NCBI GenBank assembly: GCA_964648515.1
Contig: CAZYMM010000001.1
Coordinates: forward strand, 1 to 45,356
Reading direction: 5' to 3'
Length of the DNA stretch: 45,356 bases
DNA from: an uncultured Conexibacter sp.
GTDB lineage: Bacteria > Actinomycetota > Thermoleophilia > Solirubrobacterales > Solirubrobacteraceae
This document shows, piece after piece, positions 39,136-45,356 of the stretch; position 1 is the first letter of the stretch, and every line of letters begins with the position of its first letter. The notes below the pieces were generated by a model that did no database searches, had not been told where the DNA came from, and saw only the letters and a program-made list of their open reading frames with translations. A program made the position numbers and the translations under genes.

Positions 39136-39546
39136 TCAGCGGACGGCGACCGTCATGCGGACGAGGGCGCAGAGCCGGTCCTCATCGTCGCTGATCTCGA
39201 CCTCCCAGACCCAGGTCGTACGGCCGCGGTGCCGGCAGCGGGCGACCGCGTGGATCGTGCCGCCGAGCAGCGGGCGCAGGAACGAGGTCTGGTTCGAGAG
39301 CCCCTGTGCGGTCCTGCCGTCGGTGCTGACCGCCGCCCACGTCGCCAGCGACGCGATCGATTCTGCGATCGCTGCGAGCACGCCGCCGTGGACGAGCCCG
39401 GCCGGCTGAAGGTGGTGTTCTTTGATCTCGACGTGGGCGCGTGCCTCGCCGCCGTCGACGTCGAGTGCGTCGACCACGAGGCCGTAGAGGCCGTCGAAGC
39501 CGCCGTCCACCGCATGGGGCAGCGACCAGGTTGGACCGTCGCTCAC
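39136..39546 (-). CDS. PaaI-family (hotdog) thioesterase
   Basis: 'HLQPAGLVHGGVLAAIAE', 'SFLRP', 'HRGRTTWVW'. Confidence 0.9.
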   Translation of the reverse strand: MSDGPTWSLPHAVDGGFDGLYGLVVDALDVDGGEARAHVEIKEHHLQPAGLVHGGVLAAIAESIASLATWAAVSTDGRTAQGLSNQTSFLRPLLGGTIHAVARCRHRGRTTWVWEVEISDDEDRLCALVRMTVAVR

Positions 39547-39589
39547 GATCGGCCACGATAGCGGCGTACTCGGCTAGCCTGCCCCGCGG

Positions 39590-40510
39590 ATGCCGCATCA
39601 GCAAGCGCCGACAGCCGAAGACCGCGCGATCCTGCGGCTGCTGCTGCGGCGAGGCCAGAGCTACGAGGTGATCGCCGCCGCGCTCGCGTCCGACGTGCCC
39701 AACGTCCGCGCACGCGCCCATGCGGCGCTGGCGACGATTGCGCCCTTCCCGTCGGCGACGACCGTTGCCGACCGTGAGCGGCTGGCCGACGCGCTGCTCG
39801 GCGGCGACCAGCCTGCGGCAGGCACACTGCTGAACGATTCGGCCGAGAACAGGGCCTGGTGGGAGGAGGCCCGCAAACGCCTGGTCGGCGAAGAGCTCGC
39901 TGGTGACGACGGGATCGAACCGGCCCCGGCCGTGGCGGAAGAGGCCAGCGGGCCGGATGCCGCCGCTTCCGAACAGGCACGTGTCTCGCGGCGCGGCGGG
40001 CTGCTCGTGCTGGCCGTCGTCGTCGCTGCGCTCGCGCTGATCGCGGCCGCGCTGTTCGGCGGCTTCGGCGGCAAGGGCGCGAAGCCGGCCGAAACACGAG
40101 CCGCCAAACCGGCCGCCACCGCGACGACGACGACCACCACCTCCAACACGGCGGCGGGCGGCGCGGAGATCGTCAAGCAGATCAATCTCAAGCCGCCGAG
40201 CGGCGCAAGCTCCCCGCTCGGGATCCTGTTCGTGGTGCAGCAGGACGGCAAGCGCGCGCTACAGGTCCTCGGTCAGGGGCTGGAGGCCAGCAACATGTAC
40301 GCGCTCTGGCTGCAGAAGGACGGGCGCTGGTCGCGGCTCGGCTTCTTCCCGGCGGTCGCGGCCAAGGGCACCGATGCGGGCCGGCTCGTCGGGCTCGTTG
40401 CCGCCCCGAAGGGCGCGCTGACCTCCGACCGCGTCGTGATCTCGCGTGAGACCGCACAGTCGCCCACAGCACCGGGCGAGGTCGTGCTCGCAGGCAGCTT
40501 CAAGGGCTGA
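39590..40510 (+). CDS. Membrane protein with sigma region-4-like HTH and RskA-like C-terminal domain
   Basis: 'EDRAILRLLLRRGQSYEVIAAAL....PNVRARAHAAL'; central TM helix; C-terminal 'YALWL...VVISRET..PTAPGEVVLAG'. Confidence 0.55.
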   Translation: MPHQQAPTAEDRAILRLLLRRGQSYEVIAAALASDVPNVRARAHAALATIAPFPSATTVADRERLADALLGGDQPAAGTLLNDSAENRAWWEEARKRLVGEELAGDDGIEPAPAVAEEASGPDAAASEQARVSRRGGLLVLAVVVAALALIAAALFGGFGGKGAKPAETRAAKPAATATTTTTTSNTAAGGAEIVKQINLKPPSGASSPLGILFVVQQDGKRALQVLGQGLEASNMYALWLQKDGRWSRLGFFPAVAAKGTDAGRLVGLVAAPKGALTSDRVVISRETAQSPTAPGEVVLAGSFKG

Positions 40511-40973
40511 CGCCGGCGCCGGACCCGCGGTTCGCGCCCGTCAGCAGCGCATCGAGCCCCTCGAGCGCGGCATCGAGCTGGCGGCGCACACCGCGCCGGT
40601 TGAGCGCCGTGACGTAGCGGGCGGCGCCGCGCAGCGTCTGCTCGACGGTGATCGAGACGCGGGTCGCGCCGTCGGCGGCCGCCGCCAGCTCGATTGCCAC
40701 CGCCCGCGCCGCAAAGACCTCATCGAACGGGGTTCCGGCCAACGACTGCCGCCAGCGCAGGCGCGCGTCCTGCTCGCGTCGCACCCACTGGAAGTCGGCT
40801 CGGACCGGGCGGCCGCGGCTGGAGCGCATCACCTGCGAGAAGGCGCTCCCCCGTGCGCCCTCGACACGCTCGACGCCCGGCCACCAGCGCGGCAGCGTGG
40901 CCGGATCGGACACCGTCCGCCAGACGACGGCCGGTGCCGATGCGATCACGCGCTCGCGCGTGATCCGCGCCAT
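40500..40973 (-). CDS. SRPBCC/START-domain protein
   Basis: 'ITRERVIASAP..VW..VSDP..LPRWWPGV..VE', amphipathic C-terminal helix. Confidence 0.82.
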   Translation of the reverse strand: MARITRERVIASAPAVVWRTVSDPATLPRWWPGVERVEGARGSAFSQVMRSSRGRPVRADFQWVRREQDARLRWRQSLAGTPFDEVFAARAVAIELAAAADGATRVSITVEQTLRGAARYVTALNRRGVRRQLDAALEGLDALLTGANRGSGAGVSP

Positions 40974-41725
40974 CAGCCGATCAGCTTGCGCAGATCGCGG
41001 ACCAGCAGCAGGTGCTTGAGATGGCCTGTGACCGTCGCGAGGTTCTCGAGCGCCTCGCGCGCCTCACCACGGCGCGCCTCGTTGCGCGAGCGCAGCGACG
41101 GGGCCAGGATCTGCTGCAGCAGCGCCGCCTCACGGTCGGCCGACGTGCGGAAGACGCGCAGGTTGCGGCCGCCGACGCCGTAGCGCGCCAGCTCGGCGGC
41201 GGCACGGACGATCTCACGGTCGATCTCGTCGTAGGTCGTGACGCCGCCCTCGCTGCGGCCCGTGATCACGCCGAACTCCTCGAGCTCACGCACCAGGGCC
41301 GGTTCGGCCCGGGTCTCCTCGAGCACGTCTTCGAGCAGGTAGCGGGCGCTGTCGCCGCCGGTCACGGTGATGTTGCGCCGCGGCCGCTGCTCGAAGCTCC
41401 CGCCAGCCGCCTGCGCGGCGTCGTCACCGTCGCGTCCGTCGGTCCGGCCGGCGGCGAGCTCCTGGCGGATCACGCGCAACGGCAGGAACTCGTCGCGCTG
41501 CATCCGCAGGATCGCCCGCAGTCGGGCGACATCCTGGGGTGCGTAGAGGCGGTAGCCGCCGGCCGTGCGCCGCGGCTCGATCAGCTTCTGGTCCTCGAGG
41601 TAGCGGATCTTCGAGATCGAGATGTCGGGGAACTCGGTCGCCAGCGTCTTGCAGACGGCGCCGATCGTCATCGCCTTGGTCCGCGGCTGCGGGCGTGGTA
41701 TGTCGAGTGCGGTCTGGTCCGACAT
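40973..41725 (-). CDS. MerR-family transcriptional regulator (FtsR-like)
   Basis: 'MTIGAV...L..EFPDISISKIRYLE...LIEPRRT.GGYRLY', 'ILRMQRDEFLPLRVI', 'R.LRVFRTSADRE'; follows an FHA gene. Confidence 0.88.
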   Translation of the reverse strand: MSDQTALDIPRPQPRTKAMTIGAVCKTLATEFPDISISKIRYLEDQKLIEPRRTAGGYRLYAPQDVARLRAILRMQRDEFLPLRVIRQELAAGRTDGRDGDDAAQAAGGSFEQRPRRNITVTGGDSARYLLEDVLEETRAEPALVRELEEFGVITGRSEGGVTTYDEIDREIVRAAAELARYGVGGRNLRVFRTSADREAALLQQILAPSLRSRNEARRGEAREALENLATVTGHLKHLLLVRDLRKLIG

Positions 41726-41730
41726 CCGGT

Positions 41731-42192
41731 TCAGCGAGCGAGATAGACCAGCTTGTACTTGCCGATCTGCAGCTCGTCACCGTCGACGAGCTGATGCGAC
41801 TCGATCCGCCGGCGGTTGACGTAGGTTCCGTTGAGCGAGCCGAGATCGTCGAGGTGGTGCTCGTCGCCGCGCCGCACGATCATCGCGTGGTCGCGCGAGA
41901 CGGTGACGTCGTCGAGAAAGATGTCGGAGTCTGGACGTCTTCCTACCGACATGCGGTCGCCGTCGAGCGGGAACGACTCGCCGACATGTCCGCCTCCGGC
42001 GCGGACGACGAGTGCGGCACCGCCCTCGCCGGCGACGATCTCATCGATCTCGACGGCGTGCAGCTCACCGTCGTGGCCGACGACGTAGGTCGCCGTCACC
42101 GACTCGGGCGCGGCCTGCAGCGCCGTGCCGCAGTTGCCGCAGAAGTTCTGGCCCTCGGCGTTCTCGACGCCGCATGCGGGACAGGACGGCAC
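41731..42192 (-). CDS. Zinc-ribbon + FHA domain protein (GarA/OdhI-like)
   Basis: CPACG...FCGNCG; FHA 'GRRPDSDIFLDDVTVSRDHA', 'DLGSLNGTYVN', 'GDELQIGKY'. Confidence 0.92.
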   Translation of the reverse strand: MPSCPACGVENAEGQNFCGNCGTALQAAPESVTATYVVGHDGELHAVEIDEIVAGEGGAALVVRAGGGHVGESFPLDGDRMSVGRRPDSDIFLDDVTVSRDHAMIVRRGDEHHLDDLGSLNGTYVNRRRIESHQLVDGDELQIGKYKLVYLAR

Positions 42193-42214
42193 GAACGCGT
42201 GCTCCGTCGCGGCC

Positions 42215-42475
42215 CTAGGCCTCGCCCTGAGGCTCGGCTGCGGCGCGTCCGGCGAGGATGTCGGTCAGGCGCTGCACGTCGGCGCCGGTGATCACGTCCT
42301 CGCCGCCCTCGTGGCGCTTGCGCAGCCTGTTGACCAGCTCGGCACGCAGGATGTCGATCTTGCCGTGCAGGATCCGGCGACGGTAGGAGATCTCGACCTC
42401 CTCATCGGTGAGCTGCTGGATCAGATCCTTGAGCTCCTGATCCGACAGCGAGCCAAGGTCGGGAAACGAGTCCAT
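42215..42475 (-). CDS. rsiG: RsiG/AmfC-like anti-sigma factor, single c-di-GMP-motif type
   Basis: 'LSDQEL......L..EE.EISYRRRILHGKIDILRAE' fits E-x3-S-x2-R-x3-(Q/H)-x3-D once in 86 aa. Confidence 0.75.
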   Translation of the reverse strand: MDSFPDLGSLSDQELKDLIQQLTDEEVEISYRRRILHGKIDILRAELVNRLRKRHEGGEDVITGADVQRLTDILAGRAAAEPQGEA

Positions 42476-42538
42476 GCGGTGCCTTCTCTGGTCAAGGGGG
42501 CGGGAGGCGCGAGCATATCATCGCGCCCCGTCGATTTA

Positions 42539-43330
42539 TCAAGCTCCGCTTGAGGGTTCGTGCCGGGCGAGCGTCAGCGCGTCGCGCGTATAGCTGGCGG
42601 CGGCGAGCACCCCGAGCACCAGCCCGGCGATCAGCAGCACGAGCGCCGTCGTCTTCATCCCGACCAGGGCGAAGAAGATCGCGCTCATCGTCGGCCAGAC
42701 GCCGAGCCGGCCGAACCAGTTGATCGACAGAGCGTGGCCGCGGCGGATCATGAGCTCCGCTGCGACCATCACGTAGAGCTCGCGCACCGCGACTGCGATC
42801 ACACCCCAGTGGGGCAGCAGCGAGAACTTCCAGCAGACGGCGAGCCCGGCCAGCACCAGCAGCCGGTCGACGAGCGGATCGAGCAGCGCCCCGAGCTTGC
42901 TGTACTGCCCGGTCACGCGAGCGGCGATCCCGTCGAGGTAGTCGCTCCAGGCGATCACGGCGAACAGCGTCGCGGCTGTCGCGTCGCCGCCCTCGCCGTC
43001 GCGGAGACCGAAGAACAGCATCACCGGGATCAGCAGCAGCCGGACAAGCCCGATCGCGTTGGGGATCGTCCACGGGTTCCAGGGCGCATCGGTGCCGGTC
43101 GCGGGCGGCGGCGGACCGGAGCGGTCGAGGCCGAACAGGCGCCGGAACGTGAGCCGCGGATTGCGCCAGGCCTCCTGTGCGGCCTCGCCGGCCAGACGGC
43201 TGCGCTCCTGTGCCCGCTGGCGTAGATCGTCGGCCTGCTGGCGCCGGTCGGCCGCCCACTCGCGCCGCGCCTCGGCACGTTCGCTGCGCCTGGCGTCACG
43301 GCCGGGCGGCGGTGGCGGCTCCTGGCTCAG
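42539..43330 (-). CDS. CDP-alcohol phosphatidyltransferase (PgsA-like)
   Basis: 'WTIPNAI..VRL', 'DYLDG.AAR..GQ.SKLGALLDP.VDR'. Frame is open back to a CTG overlapping the proS stop (start inferred). Confidence 0.85.
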   Translation of the reverse strand: MSQEPPPPPGRDARRSERAEARREWAADRRQQADDLRQRAQERSRLAGEAAQEAWRNPRLTFRRLFGLDRSGPPPPATGTDAPWNPWTIPNAIGLVRLLLIPVMLFFGLRDGEGGDATAATLFAVIAWSDYLDGIAARVTGQYSKLGALLDPLVDRLLVLAGLAVCWKFSLLPHWGVIAVAVRELYVMVAAELMIRRGHALSINWFGRLGVWPTMSAIFFALVGMKTTALVLLIAGLVLGVLAAASYTRDALTLARHEPSSGA

Positions 43331-45000
43331 GGCGCGCTCTCCCAGAGCTCGCGGGTCCTGGCCTGCGGGCCCGCGAGCGGCACGCCGCCCTCCTGGTCGG
43401 CGCGGCCGCGGCGCAACTGGGCTTCGGCCACCCCGGCCTGCAGGCCGCGCCGGCCGACGGTGAGTCGCAGCGGCACACCGAGCAGCTCGGCATCGGCGAA
43501 CTTCTCACCGGCGCCGGCGGCGCGGTCGTCGAGCAGCGCGTCGATGCCGGCCCCACGAAGGTCGTTGTAAAGACGTTCGGCGGCGGCGGCCTCATTGGAC
43601 CCCGGCTTGCCGACCCCGACGACATGGACCTCATAGGGAGCGATCGCACGCGGCCAGCAGATGCCGTGCTCGTCGGCCGACTGCTCGACCGCCGCCGCCG
43701 CGATCCGGGCCGGGCCGATGCCGTAGGAGCCCATCACGACCGGCTGCTGGGAGCCCTGCTCGTCGAGATAGGTGCAGCCGAGCGGTTCGCTGTAGCGGGT
43801 GCCGAGCTGGAAGATGTTGCCGATCTCGATCGCCGGCACGATCCGTACCGGCTCGCCGCCGATCGTGTCGCCGGGCTCGACAGAACGGATGTCGGCACGC
43901 GGTCCAGCCTGCACCTCAACCACCTCGTGATGGTCCGGTTCGCCGGCGCCGGCGATGTAGCGGCCCGGCGTCACGGCGGCATCCCAGATCGTACGGACGC
44001 CCGCGACCGGGCCGAGGAACCCGGCCGGACCGGGCAGCTCGTCGGGCCGCGCCTGACGGAACCGGCCGCCGAGCGCGTTGGCGAGCTTGATCTCGCCGAC
44101 GCGATGGTCGCCGCGGACGAACACGAGCACGAGCTCGCCGCCGCCGTCATCGAGCACCACCGGATAGGCCTTGATCAGGTTGCCGGCGCCGACGCCGAGC
44201 TGGGCCGCGACCTCCTCGATCGTCGTCAGGGCCGGCGTATGCAGGCGGCCGTCGAGACGGTCGGGCAGCGCCGGCACCGGCTGCGGCTCGGCGCTCGCGA
44301 TCTCCAGGTTGGCGCTGTAGCCGCCTGCGCCGATCACGACGTCGTCCTCGCCGGCGGCGCATGGGGCCATGTACTCATGGGCGGCAGACCCGCCCATCAT
44401 CCCGACATCCGAAGCGCACTCGAAGAACTCAAGCCCGCAACGCTCGTAGATGCGGTGATACGCGGTGCGGTGACGCTCGTAGGCGGCCTCCAGGCCCGCC
44501 TGGTCGCGATCGAACGAGTACGAGTCCTTCATGATGAACTCGCGCGTACGCAGTACGCCAGCACGCGGGCGCGGCTCGTCACGCTCCTTGATCTGGAAGT
44601 GGTAGAGCAGGAGCGGCAGGTCGCGATAGCTGCGGATCACCTGCGCGACGTGATGGGTGACGGCCTCCTCGTGGGTCATCGCCAGCACCATCGCCGACTC
44701 GCGCCGGTCCCTGAGCCGGAACAGCTCGGCACCGACGGTCTCGTAGCGGCCTGACCGCCTCCAGATGTCGGCCGGCTGCAGCACCGGCATCAGCAGCTCC
44801 TGGCCGCCGATCGCGTCGATCTCCTCGCGGATGATCGCGACGATCTTCTGGTGTACGCGCCAGCCGGCCGGAAGCCAGGTCCAGAGGCCGGCGCCGAGCT
44901 GGCGGACCAGACCGGCGCGGACCATCAGCTTGTGGCTGAGCGCCTCGGCGTCGGCCGGCGGCTCACGCTCGGTCGGCAGGAAGAGCTCAGACATCCGCAT
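43327..45000 (-). CDS. proS: Proline--tRNA ligase (with INS editing domain)
   Basis: 'SHKLMVRAG', 'THEE', 'RDEPRPRAGVLRTREFIMKDSYSF', 'IEIGNIFQLG', 'MGSYGIG', 'GEKFADAELLG'. Confidence 0.98.
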   Translation of the reverse strand: MRMSELFLPTEREPPADAEALSHKLMVRAGLVRQLGAGLWTWLPAGWRVHQKIVAIIREEIDAIGGQELLMPVLQPADIWRRSGRYETVGAELFRLRDRRESAMVLAMTHEEAVTHHVAQVIRSYRDLPLLLYHFQIKERDEPRPRAGVLRTREFIMKDSYSFDRDQAGLEAAYERHRTAYHRIYERCGLEFFECASDVGMMGGSAAHEYMAPCAAGEDDVVIGAGGYSANLEIASAEPQPVPALPDRLDGRLHTPALTTIEEVAAQLGVGAGNLIKAYPVVLDDGGGELVLVFVRGDHRVGEIKLANALGGRFRQARPDELPGPAGFLGPVAGVRTIWDAAVTPGRYIAGAGEPDHHEVVEVQAGPRADIRSVEPGDTIGGEPVRIVPAIEIGNIFQLGTRYSEPLGCTYLDEQGSQQPVVMGSYGIGPARIAAAAVEQSADEHGICWPRAIAPYEVHVVGVGKPGSNEAAAAERLYNDLRGAGIDALLDDRAAGAGEKFADAELLGVPLRLTVGRRGLQAGVAEAQLRRGRADQEGGVPLAGPQARTRELWESAP

Positions 45001-45090
45001 GGGCGCCCAGCCTACGCGGTGAGGAGCCCAGGCCGGTCGTCGCTAGGGTGAAAGCGACCCCAATTCCGACCAGCACGGAGGAGATTGACC

Positions 45091-45356
45091 ATGGCCTACG
45101 AGGTACCTGCACTTCCCTACGACTACAACGCACTCGAGCCGACGATCGACGAGGCGACGATGCGGCTCCACCACGACAAGCACCATCAGGCGTACGTCGA
45201 CAAGGCCAACGCCGCCCTCGCGGGCACCGATCTCGACGGCAAGCCGGTCGAAGAGGTCCTCGCGAACCTCGGCTCGCTGCCCCAGGACCGTCAGGGCGTG
45301 TTCCGCAACAACGGCGGCGGCCACGCCAACCACACGCTGTTCTGGGAGTCGATGTC
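45091..45356 (+). CDS. sodA: Mn/Fe superoxide dismutase (N-terminal part, runs off window)
   Basis: MAYEVPALPYDYNALEP.ID..TM.LHHDKHHQAYV...RNNGGGHANHTLFW; RBS GGAGG. Confidence 0.95.
   Translation, partial: MAYEVPALPYDYNALEPTIDEATMRLHHDKHHQAYVDKANAALAGTDLDGKPVEEVLANLGSLPQDRQGVFRNNGGGHANHTLFWESM

Noticed and set aside
40110-40150. ACG/ACC triplet run (also the Ala/Ser repeat near 35500-35530)
   Set aside because: Low-complexity protein linkers, not independent DNA repeats.
42192-42205. LexA-like box CGAAC-GCGT-GCTCC at the FHA gene start
   Set aside because: Mismatched, inside an operon, and explained by the overlapping RBS and start codon.

Overview
High-GC actinobacterial chromosome segment. 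Gene content and protein styles (RNase Y after recA-recX, MurT/GatD, single-motif RsiG, actinobacterial DapD/DapE) suggest Thermoleophilia/Solirubrobacterales; this is an inference. It is mostly core genes: ftsK(partial)-rodZ-like-cinA-recA-recX-rny-miaB, miaA-dapF, dapD, dapE, hflX, dut-gatD-methyltransferase-murT, SRAP, csp, rnhA, a CoA transferase, PilZ, a YcaQ/AlkZ glycosylase, a P1B ATPase, vapBC, an amidase, an orphan groES, an adenylate cyclase, pdxH, dinB, rlpA, WS/DGAT, nadE, merR-FHA-rsiG-pgsA-proS and sodA(partial). Non-coding elements read from the sequence: a c-di-AMP (ydaO-yuaA) riboswitch, two LexA boxes, a 166-bp MITE-like nested inverted repeat, a 28-bp dif-like Xer site beside vapBC, sigma28-like promoters and many leaderless -10 boxes. 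The most striking observation is a diaminopimelate epimerase, in normal dap context, whose two catalytic cysteines are both serines. No rRNA, tRNA, CRISPR array, transposase or prophage was seen. All calls come from motif recognition by eye; no database searches were run.
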